A stretch of 64,000 nucleotides of DNA from an uncultured virus (IMG/VR IMGVR_UViG_3300016457_000183) (IMGVR_UViG_3300016457_000183), one strand, 5' to 3'. Shown: positions 1 through 11,105, counted from the first letter of the stretch. Notes: generated by a model from the letters alone, not told the origin. Program-made: numbers and translations.

Positions 1-1224
1 AAAACGAAGGTCTCCTGAATCATTGGTTCCTGAAGGGAACTTGGCAGAATGCCCTTCAACATGGAAATCACAGTTACTAGCTCCAGAACTTTCTCCTACT
101 TTTAAAAGGACTTGATAACCTGTTCCGGCTCCTGGAGAACCAGAAATAGTAATTTTCTTTCTATAACTCCACGCCGTTACATGCTCACAAACAGTTATCA
201 AACTATTAAATAAAGAATAATAAGTCGCCTTGATCCAAGCATCGGAACGAGCCACGTTGGAAATTCTTACTTCGTCTATCAAACCATCTGCAAAAGAGAT
301 GGGCGTAGCTTGAGGAGAACACGCAATTACAGCAGTAGAAAGAGACTGTGGCAACCACGTACCTCCCGTAGCTGCTGTTACATTAGCGTCGTTTATAAAA
401 ACAGCAGCATTGGACGTGGTAATAGAGTCTCCAGAAGAACCCGAAAACTTGCCAGCTACGTACTGATAAACATCCCAGGCAAAATCACCAGAATCTGAAT
501 CACAGTAGTTACCTTGCGTGTCTGCAAGGCGTACTCTACCACTTGAATTCACCCACAATGTATATTGCAGACGCCCTTCAAAAAAAGCTTGACTCCCGCC
601 TGTAGAAGATAACTTCACAACTGACTCTATTGTAAGAGGACCAGTAATATCCAAGCTGCCGTCGCTCCCACAATCCACATAGTCGTCACTTCCGTCGAAG
701 TCCAGAGCCTTTCCTACCCCCCCATCAACTAAATCATCTGAAGTCATACTTCCATGAGGAGTACCGTCATTATTGTTGCTGGTGCTATCTTTAATACATC
801 CATTGCCTCCTGTGGGATTTTGAGATAAATGGTAAACCGCTTTAAAGTTGTCATCCCAAACATTTGCAGCAACAGAATCTCCAGGATCTCCAACGTAAGT
901 TGTGTTGTCTGCAACAGACGCGTCGTAGTAAAGATAAAAATAAGTATCTGAAGATGACGAAATAGTCCAAGACGACCTAGAAATATGGAGAACTGCCTGT
1001 TTATTCGCTGAGTCCCATACTTCAACTTCTACATAAAGTTGAGTAGTACCATCATCAGAAGTAACTGCAATCTTCTTATAGTTAGAACCCAGTTCATTAA
1101 AGACTGCATCAGCATTATCTTCAGTCAAGAAGAGGGTAATAGGGAAGTGAGTAAGATCAGAGTCAATCTTTGCATGATCAATCTTGAACCTGATTCTGTG
1201 TGAATATTCTGGGAGCCAGCCCAT
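1..1224 (-). CDS. Tail fibre/receptor-binding-type protein with DUF2341-like N-terminus and LamG/ConA-like domain (truncated at window edge)
   Basis: Missing from the ORF track because it runs off the window. ATG at 1224 after AAGGAGAGG; translates MGWLPEYSHRIRFKIDHAKIDSDLTHFPITLFL...NVWDDNFKAVYHLSQ...ALDFDGSDDYVDCG...DGLIDEVRISNVARSDAWIKATYYS. Confidence 0.75.
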   Translation of the reverse strand, partial: MGWLPEYSHRIRFKIDHAKIDSDLTHFPITLFLTEDNADAVFNELGSNYKKIAVTSDDGTTQLYVEVEVWDSANKQAVLHISRSSWTISSSSDTYFYLYYDASVADNTTYVGDPGDSVAANVWDDNFKAVYHLSQNPTGGNGCIKDSTSNNNDGTPHGSMTSDDLVDGGVGKALDFDGSDDYVDCGSDGSLDITGPLTIESVVKLSSTGGSQAFFEGRLQYTLWVNSSGRVRLADTQGNYCDSDSGDFAWDVYQYVAGKFSGSSGDSITTSNAAVFINDANVTAATGGTWLPQSLSTAVIACSPQATPISFADGLIDEVRISNVARSDAWIKATYYSLFNSLITVCEHVTAWSYRKKITISGSPGAGTGYQVLLKVGESSGASNCDFHVEGHSAKFPSGTNDSGDLRF

Positions 1225-1318
1225 TTACTTCCTCTCCTTAAGTTATAATCGCAGTAGCCCACTAGGAGTGTAAGACTCGAGAATTGGAGTAGTCGTCTTA
1301 AGAGTCATCTGGGTCCCC

Positions 1319-2272
1319 TTAAGCATAGATCACAATAAAGGGCACCTCATTCGAGAAACAAGGCGCAGCGCCCGCAGGGATAACTTCTTTAGCCCAAGCA
1401 GGCTTCGAAGACGGGTGAGTTTTAAACGAGACAGAATCTCCAGACTGCCATGAACCTCCCCAACCGGAGGCGTAGAGTGTGAAATAGGTGCCCCCCACAG
1501 GATTACTGGGCGAAAAATCGTTGTTAATATCTCCTGTTCCAACAGTTCCCGTAGTTAAACCTACACACGTAAACGCAGAGGAACTATAAAACGTCAAAGT
1601 CCAAACATCTTCAACCGTCCCCACATTATACACACTAGGAGGGTAATTCACTTCATCATAAGTCCCTGAAGAGCTAGACTCCAACCAATCAGAGTAACTA
1701 GGGGCAATACTACCCAACGGAAGTAAGTGGCACAAACGAGAACCCGTATCGTACGAGTGGTTAGTACCATTACTCAAAGTAACGGTTACACTCAGTCCGG
1801 AACTGGTAACAGCGGCCACAGTATGCAGTTCATTATCAGTCGCACTAGCCAAAAGAACGGTATCGTTCACTTCAATATCAGGGACATCACCATCAAAAGA
1901 CGCAACTACAACTGTAGCCCCAGAGGCAACGGGTTGGGTAATCCTACCAGTACCATACCACTTGTGCGAAGGAAGTGCGAGTAAACTTCCTTGAGTCTGA
2001 GCAACAGTTGCTGCGTGAAGTCTAAAATAATCTCCTGCAGGGCTCCTGTCAAAGATTCCTACGTACGAACTAGAGATAGTTTGAGCAGTTGCGTGAACGA
2101 AGAACTTTCGATAACGAACGTACCCAGAAGCACGTTCGGAGGGCGAGACATCTGGAAAAAGGTTCTCATATTGTCCTGAGAAAATCTCGGACGAGCAATC
2201 TTCATAACCTCCGTTGAACTCCGAATCGTTAACAATTTTTGACTTATAGAGTTTAATCACACCCATGCTCAA
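1319..2272 (-). CDS. Minor tail/tail-tip structural protein
   Basis: 317 aa, rich in Ser/Thr/Gly/Val; lies downstream of the tape measure gene. Confidence 0.55.
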   Translation of the reverse strand: MSMGVIKLYKSKIVNDSEFNGGYEDCSSEIFSGQYENLFPDVSPSERASGYVRYRKFFVHATAQTISSSYVGIFDRSPAGDYFRLHAATVAQTQGSLLALPSHKWYGTGRITQPVASGATVVVASFDGDVPDIEVNDTVLLASATDNELHTVAAVTSSGLSVTVTLSNGTNHSYDTGSRLCHLLPLGSIAPSYSDWLESSSSGTYDEVNYPPSVYNVGTVEDVWTLTFYSSSAFTCVGLTTGTVGTGDINNDFSPSNPVGGTYFTLYASGWGGSWQSGDSVSFKTHPSSKPAWAKEVIPAGAAPCFSNEVPFIVIYA

Positions 2273-2279
2273 TTAACTC

Positions 2280-3230
2280 CTAAGCGAGTCTAATTGCAAA
2301 CCATCTTGAGAGATTCAGATCTACTGTACCAGGGAATACTTTGTACGAAGCCGAGTTAATTGTAACTTCGTCCTCCGGATCCAGCCCAACAGCTCGAGAT
2401 AACTTATAAACCCACTTAATTTCGCCGCGTATACCTGTCTCATCGGCGATCATAAAAGGGGCAATAGCTTTCTCGTTGTTAGGCAGTTCCATTGCGTGGA
2501 TAAACATATTAGCGGTAAAGATTTTCTTTTTTCTTTCAGGATGTTCATGTCGCATAGTATCTCCTGTACCAGGATCCACGGGGTAGTAACCAAAATCCGA
2601 ATGCCAAGTATCCTGATTGTACCACAAGTAATCTCTACAGTAATCCCCATGTCGGTAAGAACTGATTCCTCTGAACCGCGAAGAGTCGTTCCAGTCATAG
2701 TCATAAGGGTAATTGTATCCGCCACTGAAAGTTCCAAACGCATAAAGAGGGTAAGGATCAAAATACCGTGACCAATAACGTCGTAAGAGGCCAACACAAA
2801 AGTGGGGGTAAATAGTAACACACCTAACTACACCGAAACAACTATCTTTATCTCCACAAAACCACACGTGATCGTAATTTGTGTCCTGAAGTAGTACGGT
2901 GGGCAACCACCTATAAACACCGTGGGACTTCTCCGTATTTAGAGAACCTAAACTACTAAAGCCGTAAGCACTGTCGAACCCTGTATAAGCGTTTACTTGA
3001 ATGCCGCAACGAATATTAGTACGATAATACCAACTAAATCCAACGTAAATATCTTCTTGCTCTGATTCGCCGCTAGAATAAAGGATAGTATAATCTCTTC
3101 CGTAACTACCTCCAGTAGTTCCAGTTTTCTTGACTTCCCACCCTAACGTACTTGTCATAAAGTCAATCAAGGCGTTGTATAACGCTTGAGGCCCGTTTAT
3201 ATCAGTTAAGTGTTCTATATGATATGCCAT
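2280..3230 (-). CDS. Virion structural (tail-tip) protein, paralogue of 3230..4204
   Basis: Shares blocks with the neighbour (YSSGESEQEDIYVG vs YHSTGEAGNKDIYIG; WFCGDKD vs WFIGDKD); tail module position. Confidence 0.55.
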   Translation of the reverse strand: MAYHIEHLTDINGPQALYNALIDFMTSTLGWEVKKTGTTGGSYGRDYTILYSSGESEQEDIYVGFSWYYRTNIRCGIQVNAYTGFDSAYGFSSLGSLNTEKSHGVYRWLPTVLLQDTNYDHVWFCGDKDSCFGVVRCVTIYPHFCVGLLRRYWSRYFDPYPLYAFGTFSGGYNYPYDYDWNDSSRFRGISSYRHGDYCRDYLWYNQDTWHSDFGYYPVDPGTGDTMRHEHPERKKKIFTANMFIHAMELPNNEKAIAPFMIADETGIRGEIKWVYKLSRAVGLDPEDEVTINSASYKVFPGTVDLNLSRWFAIRLA

Positions 3231-4204
3231 TATTCGTAATCCCTTATTGCTATTGAAACGGAGTCTTCTCCATAAGTACTTACAAAAACCAAGTAAGGGT
3301 CGCCCCCAACGTAAATAGTAGACTCAGACGGTACATTACCATAAAAGTATGAATAGTAAACATATTTCAACTCACCGAGTAGGTCAATCTCTGGGCTCCC
3401 GACATAAATAGGAAATAAAACGTGCCCTTGAGACCGGGTCGAATACGATTGGCAATAGAAGTAAGTAACCAACCACCAACAAGAATTAGTATGGCTTAGA
3501 AATTCACAGTTATTATAACTATCTACACAATTAGTTACAAAGCGGCGAAACCACTCAGTATTTCCGCAATTTCGAAGCCAGGAACCACAGCAACCGAAAA
3601 AGGCGTCATAACCTTCACCACTCCCCAGATTCCGGCGATACGGGATTGCAAGCTGACGATCACGCCAACAAACGCTAGTACAGCCAAATCTAAGATAGGG
3701 GTCGAAGGTTAAAGAACCAAGAACTACTAATGGTAAAGGGTAATCACTCCAGTACGAATTAATCAACCCCACGTAAGCTGATAAATATTTAGAACCAATT
3801 CTAAACAAAAGAAATGCAAAATCCTTATCCCCAATAAACCAATACGCCATCGACGTCCCATCATCAACAGCGCTTAAGATAGGATACCTTACAAACTGGC
3901 AGCAACAACAGTCTGGAGTTCCAAAACCCCCCGGCTGACTATCGAAATCCTCCGACGTGTTTATATCTGTACAAGCTGTAAACTGAAAGCCGCACAAAGT
4001 GCTACTGCGCCGGAAAGATCTAACACCAATGTAAATGTCTTTATTTCCAGCCTCTCCTGTACTATGATAAAAGTAGTAAGCACTCCCCATTTGAGTTCCT
4101 GAGTGAACTTGTGTCCATCCGAGAGAGCCAACAAAGAAAGTCCTAATTCGAGCAAATAAATCCGACAGCGAAGATACAGTTCCAGACGTTTTTCTAAAAG
4201 CCAT
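3230..4204 (-). CDS. Cys-rich virion structural (tail-tip) protein
   Basis: Directly after the tape measure gene with a TAATG overlap; paralogue of 2280..3230. Confidence 0.55.
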   Translation of the reverse strand: MAFRKTSGTVSSLSDLFARIRTFFVGSLGWTQVHSGTQMGSAYYFYHSTGEAGNKDIYIGVRSFRRSSTLCGFQFTACTDINTSEDFDSQPGGFGTPDCCCCQFVRYPILSAVDDGTSMAYWFIGDKDFAFLLFRIGSKYLSAYVGLINSYWSDYPLPLVVLGSLTFDPYLRFGCTSVCWRDRQLAIPYRRNLGSGEGYDAFFGCCGSWLRNCGNTEWFRRFVTNCVDSYNNCEFLSHTNSCWWLVTYFYCQSYSTRSQGHVLFPIYVGSPEIDLLGELKYVYYSYFYGNVPSESTIYVGGDPYLVFVSTYGEDSVSIAIRDYE

Positions 4205-7200
4205 TAGCTAGTCCTCCTCGCGATTCTCTCACCTACATTGTTCGCAACAACCCTGCCATAAGTGGGAGAGCTATAATACTTATTAAGCTCCTTCTCATCG
4301 AAAATAGTCACAACCGTTACCTTCGGTTCCTGCGTTTGTTGTTGCATCGGCGTAACCAAGCCTCCCGCTTGGTAATGAAAAGGTGTTATCGTCGGAGGTA
4401 CAACACCTTTACGTAGCGCGTCAAAGAACGAAACTCCTATTTTTTCTACCACAGGCCTTGGAACAACATATTCTCCTGGTTCTAGTAAAGCGGGGACGCT
4501 ATCTCCACGTCCTTGCCCAGGTACCGGGCCGCCGGCCTGCCTCCTTAAAGGAACCAAACCCCCACGTCTCATCATAGGAACTCGAATTCCCATCGCCTGC
4601 AGCGCCATCATAGCTAGTTTAAATTCTAACAACTGTAGCATTGCCTGAGCAAGACCTGCCGTAAAGCTTCTCAAAATTTCCTGCCAGTTCATCTGAAATC
4701 GCTTTCCGTATACTATAGAATCAATTATTGCCCTGTTCAACTCATCAAACGCGCTCGCAGCGGTCCTCGCAACAGCCTCTTGAGTCATTTGTCCGAGGGC
4801 GCCAAAGAACCCGCCCATTTCCTCGATCTTCGCCCCAATCTCAGCATAGTTCTTCAAGATTCCTTGCATTGCACTCTCGCCAATAGTCCTCAAGCCATTA
4901 GCAAAAGCTTCAACTTCATCCTTATTGCGCGACCAAGCGCGTGTTTGTTCGGCCAGCTTAGCGTCCACGAACTTCGTAAAAGTATCAACTCGTCTACGAG
5001 CCAACTCAGTTAACTCTGTGTAACCTGTAATAGTCCTTGTTATGTCCTCCAGTGCTTGTTTCTGCGATTCACTCAGTACCACACCCGCTCGTCGGTACTG
5101 TTGAATCAGATCTTGTACAGCAATGTTAGCGAGCTCGGACACATTCTCATGAAGTTGCTGAGTGGAAAATACCAAAGAGGAACTCAACTCCAAATTCTTA
5201 CGGCGGCTTTCTCGCAAACGTTCCTCAGCATCAGTCAATGTGTTTAACTGGGAAACCAGTATTGAAACGATCCTAGCATAATCTTGAGTCTTCGCGATCA
5301 TGTCAGCAGTTTGCACTTTCCCTTTAGCTAAAGCCTGAACTTGCGCGTTTAAATGAGGGAGTACGCTACTAAGGGCGGTACGTACTTGCTCTTCCAAACT
5401 CGTGATTTTACTCAACCCCTCACTATAAGCCGAAGAAGAACTCTTAGCTTCATACATCGCCGAAGCGCTGTCTAACACGCTTTGTATAACAGGAGCGAGG
5501 TTAGCATCAAGCTCACGGACTCTGTCAACCAACCCCCTAAATCCAAAGATAGCGTTCAGGAGAGCGGGTTTGAGGTAATCATTCGCTGAAATGAAATCCT
5601 TAGTCTTCCCTTGTAAGCTCTCAAATACATTAGCTAAGCTTGACCCCCATTGGGGGACATCAACTCTGGTCAGCTCGAGTAACTTCTCAACTAGAGAGGT
5701 AACTTCTTGAGCGGTCTCTTTTGAAACATTGTTGTAATCAACTTGATGTGCGCTTAAAAGGGCGAGATAAGAAGCCAGTTCACTCACAGTAACCGTAGAG
5801 GAATCAAAGGCGAGGGCCGAAATCCCTGTCTGCTTTGCTAGGTCACGAGAACGATTAACCAAATCAGCGATCAGATTCGAGTAATTCCCAAAAGTAGTAT
5901 AAACAGGGTGAATTACTTTCTCGAGTTCTTTAATCCGCCTCGCACTTTGGATCGTCATAGCCGCATACTCACGCTGTTGAGATGTAGCACGAGACAGAGC
6001 TTCTAAGAGGGTTTCCTTAATAGCCCTACTTAACAAGTCGGTACGACCTTGTAATTGCACCAGAGCCTGTCTAACGGCTGTAGTAGTTGAAATAGCCCCT
6101 TTCTCGTAATCATCAAAGGCTTTGAGAGAAAGTCCTGCTCTGCTATACTGCTCGATACTTTGTTGTAAAGCCTCGCTAAGATACTGTTCTGCTTGGGCTC
6201 TCTTTTCTCTTGTAGTCAACCCCTGTAACGTAAGGGCGTTTAACCGAGAATGGAGGTTAAACTCAGACTTCCAAAGGTCAAGTAGAAGTTTCCGAAGCTT
6301 CAGAGTTTCCGTTGTTACCTTATTCTGCGCCTTCAAAGTAGCGAGTCGTGCTTTTATACGAGCCGATAAAGTTACATGAACTTGAGACTCACTCTCATAA
6401 GACTTTATCAAGTTATCAACGGTTCGAATCTGTGCTTCCAAGTAAGCATTCAGGAGCTGTCTCCCCTTTGCGTCCTTAACAAGAGTGGCAAATTCGTCGT
6501 TCTGGGACTTCTGAATTGTTTCAAGATAGTTCCGGTACACTTTAAGAGAGTCTATATTACCATTGATAGCTTCTTCGTAGCGACGAGCACCTACTTCGGA
6601 GATCTTCGCTAAAGCGAGCTGTACACGGGCGGCAGTTTCGGCCGAGACTGTTACATCTTTAGAATACACATTCGCGAACTGACCCAGTCCCTCAGTTGTA
6701 TCGGAAATCGATTTATGTAAGTAAGTCAAAATTGCTTGGTGCCTTTGTAATTCGTCATTCACAGCACGTTGGGCAGCGGAGACTTTGAAGGAAGTCTCGA
6801 TTAATTTTTCATCAATTTTGACCTTCCCTTTGGTCCTCTCCATTACCTTAGTTAGTATACCAGCTTGCTTCTCATAAGACTTAGCTTCTGCTACCAACGC
6901 GGCCCGTAGTGAAGGGCTAGCTTTAGAGGCCATATCACGAAGTATACCTGCTAACGAGTTGTACGCTTCTGCGGTTGTCTTAATCCCACTTAAGTTTCCC
7001 TGTGTAATCTGATTTAAGCCTTGCCAAATCCGTGAAATAGCTTGCCCAGTTTTGAGAGTAACTACTTGTCCAGTCGAAACGTCGCCAATAGCTTTAGTGT
7101 ACTTTGAGTACAAACTTACCAACGTTTTAGTTTCCTTAATCTGGGCTCCTGTAATTTCAAACTGCTTCTTCAAATTCTCTGCAAGAGCGGAACGCGCCTT

Positions 7201-10200
7201 CGAAAGCTCCTGAACCGCTTCGGTACTTCTCCTATGTAAAGCCTCTGCATCTTCTAACTGCTTACCCTCAGTCGTCCTACCTTTCTCAATCTCATCTTGA
7301 ACTTCGAGGAACTCTTGGTAGGCATCTCGATACTCCTGAATAGCGTTAACAACTCGCTCCAACGACTTAGCAGACGAAAGGTTCAGTCCCAGTTCCTCTT
7401 GTCGTCTCTTCATTCCTTCAGCAAGTTCCTTTCGCAACCGCGCAGTACGATCGATGTTAGTCTGTAGTACCTTGTTCAGCCCAATTATAGCTCGAGCATT
7501 ATCTGCAGACCGTTCTCCAAACTTGATCAAAGTCTCGCCAGCACTGTCAAGTTTCTTGTTCAAGGAGTCAACAGACTTACCCCAAATACCGAACCACTTC
7601 CCCACATTAAAGACGGACTTCCCGAGTAAATAGAAAGGTCCTGTTAAGCGGAGAAGAACGCCCCTGTACTTAATAATCAATCCCAGTGCATACGAAATAA
7701 CACCTGCAGTCCCAGCGATTCCCGTCGCAAACAGCTTAACGGGGCCAGTAACAATCTGTACAATGATTTTTCCTAACCAACCCAAAACTTTCCCTAGTGC
7801 AGAAACCGCGGCCCGAAAAGTTTCGGACTCCCCAAAAGTTTCCTTAAAAGCCGGGATAAGCGCTTCTTTGAAGGCTTTATACACCGCGGGAATGACGATC
7901 AAAATAATCCCAAAAATCTTGGCAAAGCCTTTGAATATGTTAATGAGTTTTAACACGGCACCTTTAACTTTTGTAACGACACCTAAGAAAGTGTACCATA
8001 CTTTAGACAAACCCCCGGCCGCCCCAGTAAACGTAATTATGGTATTAGCCCACTCCCGTTGAGCTCCGGCGACGTCATGAGTAATTAAGTACAAATCTCG
8101 AACCTGTTTAGCGTGCTTCTGTACCATAGGAGTTACCTTCTTCGCCAGCACCAACCCTTCGGCCATAAAAGTCGCTTGCATCAACTTACTAGCAGCCAGA
8201 GCTTTCCTAATCACACCCCTTTCTGGAACCATAGCAGATGCTAGAGCTGGGCCAAAAATGGCCTTGGGAACTTTAGTCGCCATTAATGTGGAGATCGCAG
8301 TTCTTAACTCTACAACAAGGCCTTTAACAGCCTTGGCACCGTTTTTGAAGAAGTTTACAAAGGTAGTACCAATGTAAACGCTTAACCTCTTGAGAACTTT
8401 GCTTAGTGACGAGGCAGTAAAACTAGTTTTGACCATACCATCTCTCATCACGAATAGAGGAGCAAGAGCTGTTCTCTGAGTCATCCCAAAGACGTCAAAG
8501 GCTGCGTTTAGTGCTGTTAACGCCTTTTCAACTAAATGTACAGTCTCAATCAATACAAACAACTGCGCTCCGAGTTTTACAAAACGTCCTAGCAAATCAA
8601 GTGAGGCGGCACCAGCGGCCTTCATCGTAGTGATAAAACCTCCAATCCCGGGCTGAGCCATGACCTCGTTAATTCGGGTCAAAATTTTGTAATAAGCATT
8701 CAAAATAGGAGTTACATAATTTCCAGTTTGGGCCGCGAGAAGTTCTTGAGAAACGCGATAACGTCTCAGAATACCATACCCTGTTTCCATCAACCTATTG
8801 TTAACACCCTGTAAGTAACTCAACTCCTGTATAAGAGCGAGCATCCTCGCTTTTTGTTTGACGGACTTTCCAGTTTCGGTGCCTTCTTTCCGGAGTTGTT
8901 CTTCGTAAAACTTAGTCTTCTCTCTGAGGTGGTCTATGTTAATGCCCAAAATCATGGCTGAATTAGTTAACCCAGCCAACGCACCGTGGACATGTTGCAA
9001 GGTCTCGAACACATCTTTGCCCAAGAAACTCGAAACGTCTGTCATCAAAGAAATGAATCGCTTCGTCTCCTTTTGGTTCAACTTATACAAAGCCGCAAAA
9101 TCCAACAGAGCACCGGTAACCCGGCGCATCTCTGAAACGTTTTTACCTGCAGAAAGAGCAAGTCTGTCGGACCACTGGAGCCAATCTTTTGCACTCATAG
9201 AAGCATCGCCGGTCAACTCAGCATACCTCCGAACCGCTCGGTTCAAATCAACCTGCGTGCGAATCATCTCAGAACTGACTCTATACGATTCGGAGAAGTG
9301 CTCGAGCATGGCTTCACCAAAGTAAGAGAGCTTCTCACCCAAGAGCTCGAATCCGTGAGCTAGACTAACATTAAACTTGAATATCATAAGGTAGTGAAAG
9401 GTGACTTCCCCAAGTGCCTTGATCAATCTAGGAAGCGCGGCCGTTTGTATGTTAATCTTACCGGTCAACTCTGAGAAACCGCGAGTAACTCTGCGTAATC
9501 GGTCGTTGACTCCAGGTAATGTCTTATCCAAATGGGACATTACCATAGACCACGACCGCGAAAACGAGGACACAGAAGCGAGGGAGTACCCCAACGTAGT
9601 TAGTGTAGAGCCTAACTTCTTAGTCAAGGGAAAGAAACGCAACAGTTTCCCGGAAAGAATGGTCAAACTCCCCATCATCGCCACAAAAGGTTTAGATAAC
9701 TTCGCGCCTATAGAAACGGCCTCACCACCTAGGGATTCGTTAATACGAGCCCCGAGCTGCAAGATCTTGTCTCGCACCTTATCCAATACAGTACCTAAAA
9801 ACGCAAAACTAGCGGTCAGTCCTATCTTGCCGGCTAACTTAGACTTCACCACACTCCCGATCTGGGCTACACGATCACGTAGGGAATAAGCAAGTCGGAG
9901 TAAGCCTTTCCAGAGGTCGGCTACGACACGAAGTCCAGACACAAACTTAGTAGAGATAACATCCGCGACATCAACGATTATCACTTTAAGCCTGGTAAAA
10001 ACTTCGGTTAGCTTAGTAAAGGCGTCTGGAATTCTCAGTCTAACAAACAGACGAGAAAGAGCTTCCCTTACTGGAGTAAGAGAATCGCTCAACTTCAAAA
10101 ACAAGCGCGTTACCGTAGCAACAGCAGGAGTCAAGAACTCAACTAACCTAGTAGCTGCCCTTACAGCATAAACAGCAATAGAAACGAACGCAGACTTACC

Positions 10201-10821
10201 AACTTCTGCAACGTGCGTAAACTGAGAAGCTATCCAAGTAAAAGGTCCCCTGCGAAACTCGGTGAACAACACTCTGAGCGCATCTCGCACAGAATTTAAA
10301 GACTGTTTCATTGCGGCAGTAGCAGGGATTGATCCTTTTGCCCAAGTAATCCAAGCAGAAGTTGTAGTGGAAAGTATATGAACGGTTTGCGTCAAAACGG
10401 TACCAAGGAAGCGATGCTGTACTGCAAATGAGGTGACTGCTCGAGCAGCGCTTTGGGCTGAGCGCGTATAAAGTACGTACAACTTATTCGCTAAGCTCAT
10501 CGAGATCTTTTTAGAGTTAATCGCTGCAGTTACCAACCCAGCTGCAGAGGCAATAGCAATAAACGCAGTCCTTAACGTGAGAACAGAGGAGGCGTACTGT
10601 GAAGTGGCCTTCGAAGCACTTTGGGTGGACTTAACAGAAGCTTGGGTACTCCGGGCGGTATTACGAATCGACTCAACTAATTGTCGTTGACTTTCAGCGA
10701 GCTTACGTACAGTTTCAGAAAGGGTTTGGACAGACTCAGCGGTTTTCGCGACTTGGGTACGGAGTTTTTCTAACTCCTCCTTATTCTCAACACCTATTTC
10801 TACTATATACTCTTCGGCCAT
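4204..10821 (-). CDS. Tail tape measure protein
   Basis: 2205 aa, Ala/Leu-rich and helical with hydrophobic stretches; C-terminal GG.V.G.G..DSVPALLEPGEYVVP motif typical of TMPs; follows the chaperone pair. Confidence 0.92.
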   Translation of the reverse strand: MAEEYIVEIGVENKEELEKLRTQVAKTAESVQTLSETVRKLAESQRQLVESIRNTARSTQASVKSTQSASKATSQYASSVLTLRTAFIAIASAAGLVTAAINSKKISMSLANKLYVLYTRSAQSAARAVTSFAVQHRFLGTVLTQTVHILSTTTSAWITWAKGSIPATAAMKQSLNSVRDALRVLFTEFRRGPFTWIASQFTHVAEVGKSAFVSIAVYAVRAATRLVEFLTPAVATVTRLFLKLSDSLTPVREALSRLFVRLRIPDAFTKLTEVFTRLKVIIVDVADVISTKFVSGLRVVADLWKGLLRLAYSLRDRVAQIGSVVKSKLAGKIGLTASFAFLGTVLDKVRDKILQLGARINESLGGEAVSIGAKLSKPFVAMMGSLTILSGKLLRFFPLTKKLGSTLTTLGYSLASVSSFSRSWSMVMSHLDKTLPGVNDRLRRVTRGFSELTGKINIQTAALPRLIKALGEVTFHYLMIFKFNVSLAHGFELLGEKLSYFGEAMLEHFSESYRVSSEMIRTQVDLNRAVRRYAELTGDASMSAKDWLQWSDRLALSAGKNVSEMRRVTGALLDFAALYKLNQKETKRFISLMTDVSSFLGKDVFETLQHVHGALAGLTNSAMILGINIDHLREKTKFYEEQLRKEGTETGKSVKQKARMLALIQELSYLQGVNNRLMETGYGILRRYRVSQELLAAQTGNYVTPILNAYYKILTRINEVMAQPGIGGFITTMKAAGAASLDLLGRFVKLGAQLFVLIETVHLVEKALTALNAAFDVFGMTQRTALAPLFVMRDGMVKTSFTASSLSKVLKRLSVYIGTTFVNFFKNGAKAVKGLVVELRTAISTLMATKVPKAIFGPALASAMVPERGVIRKALAASKLMQATFMAEGLVLAKKVTPMVQKHAKQVRDLYLITHDVAGAQREWANTIITFTGAAGGLSKVWYTFLGVVTKVKGAVLKLINIFKGFAKIFGIILIVIPAVYKAFKEALIPAFKETFGESETFRAAVSALGKVLGWLGKIIVQIVTGPVKLFATGIAGTAGVISYALGLIIKYRGVLLRLTGPFYLLGKSVFNVGKWFGIWGKSVDSLNKKLDSAGETLIKFGERSADNARAIIGLNKVLQTNIDRTARLRKELAEGMKRRQEELGLNLSSAKSLERVVNAIQEYRDAYQEFLEVQDEIEKGRTTEGKQLEDAEALHRRSTEAVQELSKARSALAENLKKQFEITGAQIKETKTLVSLYSKYTKAIGDVSTGQVVTLKTGQAISRIWQGLNQITQGNLSGIKTTAEAYNSLAGILRDMASKASPSLRAALVAEAKSYEKQAGILTKVMERTKGKVKIDEKLIETSFKVSAAQRAVNDELQRHQAILTYLHKSISDTTEGLGQFANVYSKDVTVSAETAARVQLALAKISEVGARRYEEAINGNIDSLKVYRNYLETIQKSQNDEFATLVKDAKGRQLLNAYLEAQIRTVDNLIKSYESESQVHVTLSARIKARLATLKAQNKVTTETLKLRKLLLDLWKSEFNLHSRLNALTLQGLTTREKRAQAEQYLSEALQQSIEQYSRAGLSLKAFDDYEKGAISTTTAVRQALVQLQGRTDLLSRAIKETLLEALSRATSQQREYAAMTIQSARRIKELEKVIHPVYTTFGNYSNLIADLVNRSRDLAKQTGISALAFDSSTVTVSELASYLALLSAHQVDYNNVSKETAQEVTSLVEKLLELTRVDVPQWGSSLANVFESLQGKTKDFISANDYLKPALLNAIFGFRGLVDRVRELDANLAPVIQSVLDSASAMYEAKSSSSAYSEGLSKITSLEEQVRTALSSVLPHLNAQVQALAKGKVQTADMIAKTQDYARIVSILVSQLNTLTDAEERLRESRRKNLELSSSLVFSTQQLHENVSELANIAVQDLIQQYRRAGVVLSESQKQALEDITRTITGYTELTELARRRVDTFTKFVDAKLAEQTRAWSRNKDEVEAFANGLRTIGESAMQGILKNYAEIGAKIEEMGGFFGALGQMTQEAVARTAASAFDELNRAIIDSIVYGKRFQMNWQEILRSFTAGLAQAMLQLLEFKLAMMALQAMGIRVPMMRRGGLVPLRRQAGGPVPGQGRGDSVPALLEPGEYVVPRPVVEKIGVSFFDALRKGVVPPTITPFHYQAGGLVTPMQQQTQEPKVTVVTIFDEKELNKYYSSPTYGRVVANNVGERIARRTS

Positions 10822-10826
10822 ATTCT

Positions 10827-11105
10827 TTACCCACCAACCACCTCAAAATCGACTCCAATATCTCGCACTTTCTTCAACAAGGTACGTGGATCATCACTAT
10901 CTGGCCGAACGTAATCATCACGAAGTTCTGCGCCTACTAGAGAAGCATAGAAACGATACTGAGCGTGGAGTCGTTCTCTCGCTTCTTCTAGTAAACCCTC
11001 AATCGTGGGCCTTGTCAAGGCGAAAACCTGGTCAGGAGTCCATCCATACTGAGAGCACAAGAAGTCGACTACCTGCGCTATGGTCTTCTCTATGGGGTCT
11101 CCCCC
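10827..11105 (-). CDS. Tail assembly chaperone, C-terminal (GT-like) part expressed by -1 frameshift
   Basis: The -1 frame is open from GGGGGAG (11105-11099): ...GDPIEKTIAQVVDFLCSQYGWTPDQVFALT... Confidence 0.75.
   Translation of the reverse strand, partial: GGDPIEKTIAQVVDFLCSQYGWTPDQVFALTRPTIEGLLEEARERLHAQYRFYASLVGAELRDDYVRPDSDDPRTLLKKVRDIGVDFEVVGG

Noticed and set aside
310..1025. Short ORFs 310..498 (+) and 744..1025 (-)
   Set aside because: They overlap the long LamG-type gene 1..1224 in other frames.
1243..1308. 21-codon ORF MTLKTTTPILESYTPSGLLRL between tail genes
   Set aside because: Too short to support; weak SD and no recognisable motif.
4383..9889. Many plus-strand ORFs within the tape measure gene (and similar ones across the window)
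   Set aside because: Antisense shadows of long genes with no SD or motifs.
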